From positions 378,944,001 through 379,008,000 of the forward strand of contig OZ024741.1 of assembly GCA_964016885.1 (NCBI GenBank): a stretch of DNA of 64,000 bases, in the 5' to 3' direction. This DNA comes from Eledone cirrhosa (taxonomy: Eukaryota). Below are positions 14,701 through 27,351 of the stretch, piece by piece. The position numbers and the translations under genes were made by a program. The notes under the pieces were generated by a model. That model was given only the letters and a program-made list of their open reading frames with translations. It did not search any database and had not been told where the DNA came from. Within the stretch, counting starts at the first letter, position 1, and each line of letters opens with the position of its first letter.

Positions 14701-15650
14701 ATGATAATGTTTTTGAGAATTATGTTAGTCTTGTGTATTATCTTTTGGTTCTGTTTGGAGTTCTGGATCTTAGGGAGGGTCTCTCGTTTCCCCATGTCAG
14801 ATTCTTTCATAATTTCATCCTTCAAGTTGGCAAGTTCATTCTCATTCATTTCTTTATCATTTACGATCTCATTATTTTCATTTGGAGTTTCATCCTGAGA
14901 ATGCAATCCCTACACTTGTTCGATCCTTTCTTTAATTTGTTCTGTTGCCAGTGATTCCGCCCCAACCCTGGGGTTCGAAGTGTTACAGTTTACCTCATTT
15001 TCACTGACACATGTTTCATTTTCCCTTCGCTGACTTTGTGCTAATAGCTTGATCTGATCAATTTCTATATCAGTTAGTAACTTTTTTCTTACAATATGTC
15101 TTCGTATATTGGCTACTTTGTTACTGTCAATATAGCCTCTGTTTTCGGGATGTTTCTTTTTCCAGTTGATATATGTTTGCTCTGTATTCGATGTATTTGA
15201 TGGGTAGTACATGGCAGTGTAGAAAGCCTCAAGGACTTCTTTATTATCTTCCCTTGACCATTTTTCTCTCTTTTTCTTTGGATTTCTTGATGGTGAGCAT
15301 GGAGGGCCAACAGTAGGAGTATTCCGGTTATGGGAGGTCTCCGGCTCCGAAGTGATGGGAAGGTTTGAACCATTAGCTGATTTTTCGACCCCAGTCTGGT
15401 TCCTCTCTGAGGGACGCGGCCCTTTTTTACCCGGGTGACGGCCGATCCGGTATGAGATTTTATCATTAGACATTTACTTTATTTTGTCGCGTTTTATCCT
15501 TATCCGCCAAGGGGTAATCATTTTCGTGTTTACCACTTCTAGAATGAGTGTCAACCAAGACTAGAGGGGTCGTTCTCCCCTAGAGACATGGCTATTCCCC
15601 GCCGGCCGCCATCCCGGTATTTCTTGGTCACGGGGTTTTCTTTTTGTTGT
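11708..15650 (-). mobile_element. R4/Dong-like RLE non-LTR retrotransposon, family B, apparently full length, with (TAA)n tail at 11690-11707
   Basis: Single long ORF from 15473 broken into 14910-15473, 13458-14906, 12493-13389 and 11852-12151: SPGKD, NYRPITCL, WIDYKKAFDS, MDD, YKYLG, KLSKY; GC-rich 5' UTR; TAA tail. Confidence 0.92.
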
Positions 15651-16611
15651 TTTTTTTTAAATTGTTATTATCATGAGTGGTTCCTTAATGTGAGCATTGC
15701 GTGGCTTAAGAATGAAATTATTAATAATTGTCTCCAGTCCAGCAATCACCCAGTGCATTACAATAATATAATATACTTTTTGCTGTAGTTGCCATTTATT
15801 GTTGTTGGCTATGTCGGTTGTGGTGCTGGGGCTTTTTATATTGTTGGTGAGGAAGGGGTGAGCCAGCAGTCACATAATTGTTGATGTAGACGTTTGGCCG
15901 GTGGCAAGGTCACCAAGTCAATATATTTATATCTTTTGCTAGCCTCTCTCTTGTGTAGTGATAGCGCCACCTTCCCTTTTCTCTCTCAAGTTAACAGGGG
16001 AATAGTGTCGGTAGCATTGAATGAGTGGTGGCGGCGATGATGGATGCGGTGGGGTGGTGGAAGCGGTGGTGTTGTGGTTACTGATATAGTATCTATGAGT
16101 TTGTGTTCGTATGTTTAATATATATTTTTATTATATTTTGTGTTGACATATTCCCGTATAATTTGAATTAAACATTTTTTAAAATTTGAGACAATAATAG
16201 TAGTAATTATTATTATGATGCTGGTGAAATTGTCGTTATCTGGCTGTTATATTTAGTGTGATGGGATAGGTAGTGTATCAAGTTTCTGGTGTTGGTGAAA
16301 TTGAAATTGCTGCTATTTGTCTGTTCTATATAGTGTAGACAGAGGGTGATTTGTTCCATTTATAACCATTTTTCTATTTTTGAATACAAAATATATAATA
16401 CAAAATTGAATATTTGGGCGATACAACAATATAATATGGATCCGAAACTTTATGGGACCTCATTCGGTGCATTTATGCAACATTTGTGCTAAGAATTGTT
16501 CTTTCACAATTGATTTAAATATGTTAAAAATCAAAAACTTACGGGAACGATTTCATGACCTTCTACCACCTCGTGCGTCTTCTTCCCTTATTCCCTTATT
16601 ATTATTATTAT

Positions 16612-18560
16612 AGTTGCATTTATCTTGCTTTATGTTCATACGAGTTATCACCAAGTCACAACCAGTGACCTCAAGAGACAACAAGGTCCGCCATGTTCAA
16701 GAAAGAACATACATAATCACACATGCATCTTTAGTGTTTAGACTTGTGATGTACTTATGTTGACAGAATCTTCCTTAGTATATGGGCAGTTCCCATTAGT
16801 ACTATCTTTTGTATTTCTCCTATACGCGGGTTTCCTGGGATTTGCGATAAGTAATCATTAGACCCCTTAGGTATCATTCCTAGAGCGCCTACAACCACTG
16901 GTATTGTTTTAGGTCTCAATTTCCACATTTTTCCAATTTCTATCTCCAGGTCCTTATACTTGCTCAATTTTTCAAATGTTTTTATACATACATTCTTGTG
17001 TATTGGAACGGACATATCACTTAGCAGGCATACCCTCATTTTAAAGTCTTTCAATATTATATCAGGTCTATTTGCATCTATTGTCCGGTCTGTTTGGATG
17101 CTAAAGTTCCACAAGATTGCGATGTGATCTTTTTCAAGTGTGGGAGGTGGTTGATGCTCCCACCAATTCTTTTGAAGGGGCAGGTCAAAATGCTTACACA
17201 TTATCCAATGTATGTATTGTGCAGCTCTGTCATGCCTATTTCGGTATTCGGTTGGAGCTATAGGACTGCACATTAAAATTATATGGTCAATGGTCTCTGG
17301 TTGTTTTTTACATACACGGCATAATGGGCTGCATCCATTTTTTATTATGTTGGCTTGGTAATTGTGTGTTGGCAGACACTGATCTTGTGCTGATATAATC
17401 AGTCCTTCAGTCTCCGATTTCAGTCCAGAGGATGCCAACCACTGATGGGTTAAAGTTTTGTCAACATCAGGATTGTTAGCTCGTTCTGGGTATTTTCCAT
17501 ACAGAGGCTTTTCTTGCCATTTCTTAGCCAGTTTCTGTAGCAGTTCTTTCTTTGCAGTTACTTTTACCTGCTATGCTTTTTCTGTGTTTTCCATTTCAGC
17601 AGTAAATGAGATTTCTGAAATTTTTAGTCCATTACTGTATCTTTGTGCATCTTTTGTAATAGGGTGTGATCTTTTGATGCTTTCGTGTTTCAAAACGAGT
17701 TTGATCATCCAATCATGTGATTCCCTTAGATATGTGGATAATCCAATTGTTGCAGTTTTCAACGCAATGTCTAACTGGATTAACCCACGTCCTCCTTCTT
17801 TCCTAGGGAGATATATTCTATCTATATCTGCCTTAGGGTGATGCATTCTGTGCATGGTTAAGAATTTTCTAATTTTTGTATCGAGCCTACGGATCTCTGT
17901 GCTTGACCAGTTGATGACATTGTAACTGTAGGTTACTACTGGTATGGCAAGCGTGTTTATGGCATCGATCCTATTCCTTGCATTCAATTCCGTTCTTAAG
18001 ATTGCCCTTGCTCTGCGGTAACATTTCTTCCTTATCCTTTCCCTCATTGTCGAGTGTTTGATTCCGTCTACTTCACAAACACCTAGATATTTGTAAGTTT
18101 CCTCTTGATCAAGTTCTCTTATCACATTCCCCCGATCATGATTAATGTCTGAACTTTCAGAAGCTTTCCTCTGGTGAACGTTGCTTTGGCGCATTTATCT
18201 AGTCCAAACTCCATTTTAATGTCTCACTGAAATGCTCCACAGTGGATAATAACCCTTGCAATTTTTAATCATTTTTGCAAATAGTTTCAGGTCATCCATG
18301 TAGAACAAGTGATTAATGGTTTTGTCATAGACGTTATATCCATGCTTTGTTTCATTGAGCATTTTACTTAATGGTATAAGTGCGATGCAGAATAAAAGCG
18401 GTGATAAAGAGTCACCCTGAAACATTCCACAATTAATATTAACTTCTCCAGCTTCCAGTGATTTTGTTTCACTATTCAAAAGGAGTGTCGTTTTCCATCT
18501 CTTAATACTGAATGACAAAATCCTCCTGACAACGGGAGATATTTTGAAAATCTCTAAACC
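16612..18560 (-). mobile_element. R4/Dong-like family B, 5'-truncated copy, (TAA)n tail at 16596-16611
   Basis: Highly similar to 11708-13650; FQGDSLSPLLF, YMDD, CRVC..H..C, RHD, RPD, KLSKY. Confidence 0.92.
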
Positions 18561-18595
18561 TTATTATTATTATTAGTAGTATTACTATTATAATT

Positions 18596-18850
18596 ACAGT
18601 TGCATTTATCTTGCTTTATGTTCATTCGAGTTATCACCAAGTCACAACCAGTGACCTCAAGAGACAACAAGGTCCGCCATGTTCAAGTAAGAACATACAA
18701 ATTCACACATGCATCTTTAGTGTTTAGACTTGTGATGTACTTATATTGACAGAATCTTCCTTAGTATATGGGCAGTTCCCATTAGTACTATCGTTTGTAT
18801 TTCTCCTATACGCGGGTTTCCTGGGATTTGCGATAAGTAATCATTAGACC
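18596..18850 (-). mobile_element. R4/Dong-like family B, 3'-terminal ~255 bp only, with TAA-rich tail at 18561-18595
   Basis: Nearly identical to the 3' UTR and ORF end at 11708-11960 and 16612-16865. Confidence 0.9.
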
Positions 18851-18882
<32 letters not shown>

Positions 18883-18883
18883 G

Positions 18884-19565
18884 TTCTTTGAGGCTCAGTC
18901 ATTGATGTTAGTTAACTGGACAGGTTGTTGAAATGAATACCAAGCCACTACCTGCAGCCTCTGATATTCAGGACGTATCGGAGGGATCTTGCTGTTCCCA
19001 GCAAGCATGCGTTTTGAAGCGTTCCAAAAACGCGGCAGGGCCAATTTTCTTTAACCATCCCTGGAAACCTTTTGATATAGTACCTAGTGCGCATATGACC
19101 ATCGGAGCCACTTTGACTTCATGGCAGTTCCAAATCCTTTTTACCTCCCACTTTAAGTCCTGATATCGGTTAATTTTCTCCCTCACCTTCTCTTGCACTC
19201 TCATGTTGAATGGGCAGGCCACATCCACAATCAGGCACGATCTTTTTTCCTTGTCCAAAACGACCAGGTCAGGTCTATTGTGTTCCAGTTTCTTGTCCGT
19301 CAGTATCCTAAAATCCCACAGCACCTTCACCTGATCGTTTTCTATCACCGACTCTGGCTTATGCTCATACCACTTCTCAGAATGTGGTAAATTGTTTACT
19401 TTGCATAGGAGCCAATGGATCACCCTGCCCATCACATCATGTCTCCAGCCCTTATAGTGAGTCTGTGCTAGGTGTTTACACTCGGATACAATGTGAGCCA
19501 CAGTCTCCTCTCTCTCTCCACAGATCCTGCACAGTGGGCTAGCCTCCTCCTTGTAGATATGGTGT
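18884..19565 (-). mobile_element. R4/Dong-like family A, 5'-truncated copy, (TAA)n tail at 18851-18883
   Basis: Highly similar to 9990-10645; RHD, WDF, NRPDLVV, KINRY. Confidence 0.9.
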
Positions 19566-19803
19566 TTATTATTATTATTATTATTATTTTGCGACCTACG
19601 TAGTAAATCGTATCATCGTGACCTCCGCAAAGGTTTTTTTATTTCACATGTTTAAAATTGCCATTTATGGAAAGTTTTGATCTTAATTGTATATAAGTGC
19701 GCATACATTGATTTCTGAAAAGGACACCCAAAAATATTGGGGCCTTGAGTCCAAAATTTAAACTTTTTATAATTATCAAACAAAAACTTTTCTTTGAAAA
19801 ATC

Positions 19804-21770
19804 ATGGATGTCTCAGAGCCACTCCTTACTCACAATCTAACACCTCACACCGCCACCACCATTGTAAATATTGCTACATCTGCCAACACTGGAAATATAA
19901 GCTGTAGCAATATTTTAAATTTGTCTCAGGCAGGCGTTCATTTCCCGCCATTACCAATGACTGCAGGTGTTAAATCCACCACCACCACCACTGCCGCGAC
20001 AACCACCACCCCCACCACCACAGCGACAACAGAAACAAAAGAAAAAAATAAATTAACTCGTGATATCGAAATGAATTCACCCAAAATGAACTCTTCCACC
20101 CCGATCACCACTGACGCCATCACCACCACAACTGAAACTATTATTAACAATAGCAAAAGTAACGATAAAAACAACAGCAAAAATGAAATTAAAAAACTAC
20201 CCTGAGTTTTGCCAGAGTAGCAAAAACGTGCGAAACGATCCAGGTAACTCAGGAGGAATTAGAAAAAGCCAATGGAATGGTAAAGAAAGATGGGTACAGA
20301 GGCAGCCTCCCCCCCCCATCTAATAAAATGGAGCAACGTCGCCTATGCACCGTGTCTTATCGGACAATTAACATAACATCGCGCCGAGTGGAACGGGCAT
20401 CCGAGTCCCAAATCCAAAACGTTTTGGGACATGTGTGGGCAAAAAAAACCCACATCAGACGTGGGCAGAAATATGGAACCGTGGCCGTGTTCTTTGAAAC
20501 ACCACAGGAGGCCAGAGAACACTCCATGGCCCCATTAAGAAGTGACAACTGCACACTCGTCCCAAGCTATTGTGGCCAGAGACTTGTGAAGATCAGGGTG
20601 ACCCACGTTCCACCGGCCATCGAAATTCCCTGGCTAATGGCTGTCGTCCTCGCGGGCATCGAGGCCAACACCAAGATAATTGAAAAAGCGAAAGAAAAGC
20701 AGGAGAACTGGTCCGGATCTGCGATGGAGCTTCTGATCCAAGCAGACAATAAAAGCATTGAGGAGATCCCAGAGGTAATAGACCTAACTGACGGCAGCCA
20801 CCTCACCGTAATCGTCGAGGGCAGAAGACCGACGTGTGTCGTTTGTGGTGAAGGAACCCACCTAAGGGCTTTCTGCGCTCAGGCTAAAAAGTTGAGGCCA
20901 CCTCTCTTACCCACCCCAATGACTCAACCATCAACACCACCAGCAGCAGAAATGACAGCAACAACAGAAGCAACTGTAACAGCAACAACCCCAGCAACAG
21001 TAGCAAAACCAACCCCACCACCATCCAACGCGCCAAAACTAGCACCAGCGCCTACACCATCCACCACGCCACAACCAAAACCAACGCCTGTGGAGGAATT
21101 TCCACTCCCCGGCTTATAGCAACTGGAGACAGATTGTGACGACGAGGAGTGGAAAACGGTATCAGGAAAAACGAAAAAAAGAAACGAAAAAAGAAAAAAA
21201 ATGATTTTCCTTCCCCCTCCAAAAACAAAATACAGAGGGAAACAAATAAATTATCAAACAACAAAGTTAGGACAGATATGCCACCATCCACACCAGCATC
21301 ACCAACCCCATCACCACAAATACCAACACCATCACCATCATTAACCCCAACACCACCATCACCAACACCACAAAAGTCACCTAAAACCGTAACAGAAACA
21401 AACAAACAACAAACGCAAACAAAAAAAAACAACCAAAACGATACACACTACACAGCATTAAATTTGAACAACAACCAATTATTACAGTACATGCAACACA
21501 ACACCAGCATCGCAGAAAAAGACTACACAACAACCCAAAAGTTCACACCACCTCCACACATACAAATCACTCACATCACACAGAAAACGTACACGACACT
21601 AAAACAAACATTCCCCAAAGACATCGGAGATTTCCGACAAACACTCTCCAGGAGGATTTATAAGGACATCCTTCTGGAGGAGGCCACAAGCAGTGAAAAG
21701 GATGGACAAACCATCCTTCCTCTACGAGAAGTAAGTAAGTGGTATTTCCCCTCTTTTCCACTCCATTTCA
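19804..21770 (+). pseudogene. Tx1-type ORF1 (gag-like, CCHC knuckle, Thr/Pro-rich and basic regions), frameshifted
   Basis: Three consecutive ORFs 19804-20205, 20277-21119 and 21149-21814. Confidence 0.75.
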
Positions 21771-21772
21771 AC

Positions 21773-24700
21773 ATGACCTCACTCAGAATAGTCAGCATAA
21801 ATGCGCCTGGCTAGGGGTCGTCATGGAAGCAGGGCCACCTCCTCAACGACCTCAGGTCACTAAACATAGATGTAGAGGCCATCAGCGAGACCAGAATCTC
21901 CGAAGCACGGGCCTTCGCACCGATATTCGGCGGCTACGATGTGTACGCATCTCCCAGCCGTCCGGGATCGGGGGTGGAGTTGCTGTGCTTTTTCGGAGAG
22001 GTTTGGATGTCGCCATACGGGCCATCTTCCTTGACCCAAAAGGTAAGTTGGTGGTGCTAGACGTGACCAGCGGAGACGGGCAAGCTTTCAGGCTAGTGGC
22101 CGTCCATGCCCCGACAGGAGCAGGGCGGCCTGATTTCTTCCGGCGTCTGGAGACCTTTTTTGGAACGTCGCGCTCTTTAATGTTAGTGGGCGACTGGAAC
22201 GGGATATTAGATGCACGCTGGGAATGTGTGGGATTAGCGGATAGCGAAGGAGGGTGCAAGAGACACACCAACCTGATCAGGCATTTTAAACTGTCTTACA
22301 GGTACCGATTGGATTTCCCGAATGTGCCAATGTGGACTTGGACAAATCGCATAGGGTCAACCACATCATATCTAGAGAGAGTATTTTGTAGAGAAATAGA
22401 TAGGTCTAGCATAGGCAGTCCAGAATTCAAAATAGTCAGCTACACGGACCACACATTCGTGATCTGGGCGCTTGACTTAGACAGGCTTCATAGACGAGGA
22501 CCCGGCTACTGGAAGCTAAACGCGTCCTTACCAGCGCGTAAGGCCTACAGAGACCGGATTAGCGAACTAGTTAAGCGGGCGTTTACGGGGGCCATCGTCA
22601 ACAACACGTGGTGGTTTGCTCTGAAAAGAGCAATTAGAATAGAGTCCGTTAGGTTTAGTAAGGCTTTAGCAATAGAGAAAAATAGAGCAGAGGGAGAATT
22701 AGTTAAAAAATCAAATGAGGCGCTTAGCAAAGGCATCGCGACCGACGTACTTGCGGCGAAATTGGCCCTTGACCAATACTTCAATGCAAAGCACGAAGGC
22801 TGCGTTTTCAGAGCTAGGGTGCGTGCTCTCAGGCACGAGGGGACGAAAGCCGTTCAATGGGCCCGAGTGGCGGAGGCGCGTCGTGGCAACAAAGACACGA
22901 TCCGGTCTTTGGTCGACCACGACGGGCGCATGCTACTCGATCCCGGGCAAATGTGTGAAGCTTTTCAGCGACACTTCGCTCAGTTGTTCGGGGCAGCGGC
23001 GGGCCGGATCGAGGGTTGGACTTTAGTTTCTACCACGACGGACTGCCGCGGCTCTCGGCCAATGAGGCGGAGTGTTCCGAAAAGCCGATAACAGCCACTG
23101 AAGTACGGGAGGAAATGACTGGCTGCACAAGGGGTAGATCGCCTGGTTTGGATGGTCTTCCCTATGAACTTTACGTACAGATGCCAGACTTGTTCGGAGG
23201 CCTCTTGGCGGACGTCTACTGCAACTGGCAACAGAACGAGAGAATTCCCAGCTCTGTAAGCCGAGGAGTTGTGGCGCTGCTGAGAAAGGATCCGAACAAG
23301 GGGGATAACATAGATCATTTTAGGCCCATAATTCTGCTAAACACAGAATTCAAGATGTTTGCCAAGGTGCGAGCAACAACTTTGACGCTTGTCGTTGGTG
23401 GTCTGGTAGGAGAGGCGCACACATGCGCCATTCACCACAGATCCATCCACGACAACTTCCATCTCATGCTATACATCGTGGAGCCGGTAGCTAGGGAACA
23501 TGGCACGGGTGGGTCCTTGATTAATTTAGATCAGTCGAAAGCTTTCGATAGGGTCAACCACCGTTATCTGGCGGCAGTCCTGTGGGCGGCTAGCTTTGGG
23601 CCCGTCTGCAGAGGCTGGATCGATGCCATGCACAACGACATCTGCTCTGTGGTGAGAGTGAACGGTCTCCTTTCGGAAACGTTTAACATCATGTGCTCGT
23701 TCCGTCAAGGTTGTCCACTATCGTCCCTCTTGTACGTATTGACTCTCGAGCCATTACTGCACAAACTGGAGACGTTGAGGTTGGTTCCCGCGCGAACTAG
23801 GATGCGGAAGATCCGTGTCAGCATATGCGGACAATGTCAGCGTATTGGTGTCGAACGCCAAACACATCGAGGCGATAGGCACTACACTAAGAGAATACAA
23901 AGCGGTGAAAGGAGTAATGATCAACCAGGAAAAGTCAGTGGGCCTGCAGCTCGGCACCTGGAGAGGCAGATTCATGCCGTCCAACGGCGTCGTTGGGCGC
24001 TGGACGGACGGACCGGTTAAACTGCTAGGTGTTTGGTTCGGCCCGGATCTCCAGACGGACAAAAACTGGGACGAGGTGACGAGCAGTGTCGATTCTCTCA
24101 CCCAGAAATGGTCGGAGAGGAAGCTATCCCTGCATGGTCGAGGGAAGGTGGCTAACATGTACATCGAGTCCGTCATCTACTACCACCTGATCGTCTTGCC
24201 TTGTCCTAAGGCTGCGTTTTCTCTTTCGCTTTTTGTGGAAGGGACGCACTCCGATGGTCAGGCGGTCCATCTGATGCGAACACCCGCTAGGTGGAGGGCT
24301 GGGCATGTCGTCAATGATGATGCGCAGACACACGCTCAGGCAACGACATCTCCACCCCTTCCTCGACGGTGATCAGGTGTGGTCGCCGTTTGCTAGACGC
24401 GTCTTTCCCCAGCTCATCTCCTTGACGGAGCTGCAGTCCTGGGTCAAGCAAAGACCGAGAGGGAGCTCTTGGAGACTGGAATCTCTTCAGGCGCTCACAG
24501 CCCTCGACCAATCGGGCAAGTGATCAGTGGAAATTCCACATTGGCGTTCTATAGAGGATTAGTGGATGGGTAGCGCGACGACGTACTTGGAGAAACTCTA
24601 GGCGTCGACGAAAATCAACTAGCCAATCTCTTCGGCAGAACCTTATGGCTGGGGCCTATGGACAACTTCCAGAAATTCCTGGCCTGGCAGTGCTACCGAG

Positions 24701-25180
24701 GAGCTTTGCTAGTTCGGGATAAACTCTTCAGGCATGGAGGTGCCGTCAGCCGCGCTTGTCCGAGATGCGCGCAGGGCGGCGAAACCGTCCTGCATGCACT
24801 CGTCCAGTTTCCGAGCATTGGTGTCTTGTGTGTTTATGTGAAACACCTACTGTCGCGTGTAGAACGGACCCGACTCTCAGCTGACTCCATCGTGAGGATT
24901 GCCCTGCCTTCCTCCTTTAGTAGGGAAGGGTAGGCAGTTTTAATCTGCCTGGTCGCCATGGCGAACGAGATAGTATGGTGGACGCGTCTGAAAGTGCTGA
25001 AGACAAAGCACTTAACTCTTCGGTGATGCCTTGATTAACCTTTTCCAATTTCATTTGAAAAGTAAAATCAGGGTAGAGAGGGAAGTGCCCTCTTCCCAGA
25101 ATTTTGTTGAAGGATGGGTGAGAGAGGCAAGAATAACCCAAGTGAATGGGACTACTCTAAGTATGTGTGTGGAAATTAAA
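21773..25180 (+). pseudogene. Tx1-type ORF2 (apurinic endonuclease + RT + C-terminal Cys/His), multiple stops/frameshifts
   Basis: Motifs spread over ORFs 21739-23091, 23016-24020, 23815-24372, 24305-24523 and 24658-24933. Confidence 0.9.
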
Positions 25181-26134
25181 GGTTGAAACTGGGAGAGGGC
25201 ACCTGCCTGGTGGTCAGGGTCACTGTGGCTTTTTAGTAACTTTTCTCCACAAATGTCCCTCGGAAGTCTCCCCTATTGGGGAACGTTTCATTGTTATTTT
25301 TTTGTTACATCCTCTGATTTTGTTTTTTACACCTAGAAATGCCCATTTGTACCGTCCTGTATTGTCCTGTACTCTCCTTAATGTCTACTTTATGTAACCC
25401 CTTGTGGTTAACAAAGAAAGCATTATTTTTACTATTATTTCTATTAGAGATGTACATTGACAGAATTTTCAGAATCGGGTAATATGGTTCGTGGTGTCTC
25501 GATAAGACCCTTTATGTCCTTTGTCAAAATCCTTCAGTTTCAACTTCATTTTCTATCATTCCGATACAGATCCAATAAAATAATATTCAATATAAACGAC
25601 AGTTACTATGTAGATCCGGGTCAATATATTCGACTTACCTTTTTGCCCAAGTTGCTGAACTTGTGCCAATTTTAGAAAGAATTATCTATTCATTTCTATT
25701 TGTAGAAGCCCTATTTTTGTCACATTTATTATCGTCCAATTACAGTGTTTATTTTTTGTCCCACATCTAATATACTTCTGAAAAAATATTATATATCTAA
25801 TCTGTCATTCTATTTTTACGACACCACCACTTAACTGGGAATAAATATCTCTGATATACTGAAATAATATATTATATGCTAAACACTTATATTCAAAATT
25901 GTCTTTGTCTCCATCACTCTATTTCGTTATTTAATTACCACTTTCCACGTGGAAATAATAATAATTTATTTTTTCATAGAGCGGATTCTTGTTTAAACCT
26001 AATGAGGTGCATAATATAACATTTTGAAATTAAATTCATTTTACGCTAATATCTGGAACATTCAAATTCCATGGAACATTAAAGAACGTGAACGAATAGT
26101 GAACGAATAGTGAATATGGTTTCAGAGAACGTCA

Positions 26135-26230
26135 TAATTGTTTCTACTTTAGGCACAAGGCCAGCAATTACCCAGTGCATTACTGGTACTTTATTTTATC
26201 GACCCCGTAAGGATGAAAGGCAAAGTCAAC
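26135..26230 (-). mobile_element. MetaSINE 3' fragment
   Basis: Same family as 41338-41528. Confidence 0.85.
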
Positions 26231-26667
26231 GTCATAATGACGTACATCAATGAATATAGAATTTCATTCAGTTAAGATTTAAATGTTCTCCTTGTTAGAA
26301 TTGAGTTTGTACCAAAATGATTCCCTTGTTTCATCTGCATTTCGTTTATACATACAATTGTTTCAATATGTACTCTATAATTACCATTTATTAAGTTAAT
26401 ATATCCGCTGTTATCAATAATAGTATACATCTGTCAGTATAAATTTAATAATGTGCTAAGTACTATCGAACGTATTTAATGCTTATACAAAAATGTCTTC
26501 CTTAGTGTGAATAAATTTCAAGGGAATATTTTAAATACAGACCAAGCCTTTCTAACTTTAAAATTATAATTTGTTGTTTGCGACATTCTGAAAGCCTTGT
26601 ACGAAGTACTATAGACATGAATGCATATCCCATCCTATATGTTCGTCATATATATTTCCTTCAAAAA

Positions 26668-26785
26668 TAATTGTTTCTACTTTAGGCACAAGGCCAGCAA
26701 TGACCCAGTGCATTACTGGTACTTTATTTTATCGACCCCGTAAGGATGAAAGGCAAAGTCAACCTCGGCGGAATTTGAACTCAGA
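26668..26785 (-). mobile_element. MetaSINE, 5'-truncated
   Basis: Same family; includes the B box. Confidence 0.85.
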
Positions 26786-26924
26786 TGTCCTTCAAAAATA
26801 ATAGTCCCGATTCGTAAGACGCAGAAAAAACGGTGTTTATTTCTTTAGGAGACGACATTACAGCAACGTTTATTCGAAAGGCACACATCAACACAAGGCC
26901 ATATATATATATATAGAATTCCTC

Positions 26925-26961
<37 letters not shown>

Positions 26962-27351
26962 AATATATATATGTATATATAAGCGAAACGAAACGCAAAA
27001 TCGTAGAAATGCTGGCAAGTGCTCAATAGTTAAAGAAAACTAGAGCTAAACAATATGTTAAAACGCCATACAAACTGAAAAAGTGGTTAAGAAGGCATTA
27101 ACCACATAAGCCAAAAAACAAATCAAGCTAAACAGGTCAAACAAAATAAATGATAAAAACAGACCTGGACCCCAATGGAATATATGGTAAAATCCAAATG
27201 CAGGGTTTCTATGACAACAAAATCAATAATACTCTCTGCTTAAAACTATAAGCTTTCAGCATAAAGAGCGAACAAGGAATATCACATTATCAACAGGTAA
27301 TTTTGCTCTGTAAACAACTTTGTAAACAACTCTGTAAACAACTTTGTAAAC

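Larger units (their letters stand above)
19591..25420 (+). mobile_element. Full-length Tx1/L1-clade LINE (ORF1 + APE-RT ORF2), disrupted
   Basis: ORF1 pieces 19804-21814 with LSFARVAK and zinc knuckle CVVCGEGTHLRAFC. ORF2 from ATG 21773 (LRIVSIN, GDWN, TDH, GPGYWKLN, SPGLDGLP, LDQSKAFDRV, RQGCPLS, AYADN, CPRC..ETVLHAL). Confidence 0.9.

Noticed and set aside
27307-27351. 12-bp tandem repeat tgtaaacaact(t/c) x4 at the fold-back junction; similar local duplications at 3815-3850 and 26088-26113
   Set aside because: Most simply explained as slippage duplications
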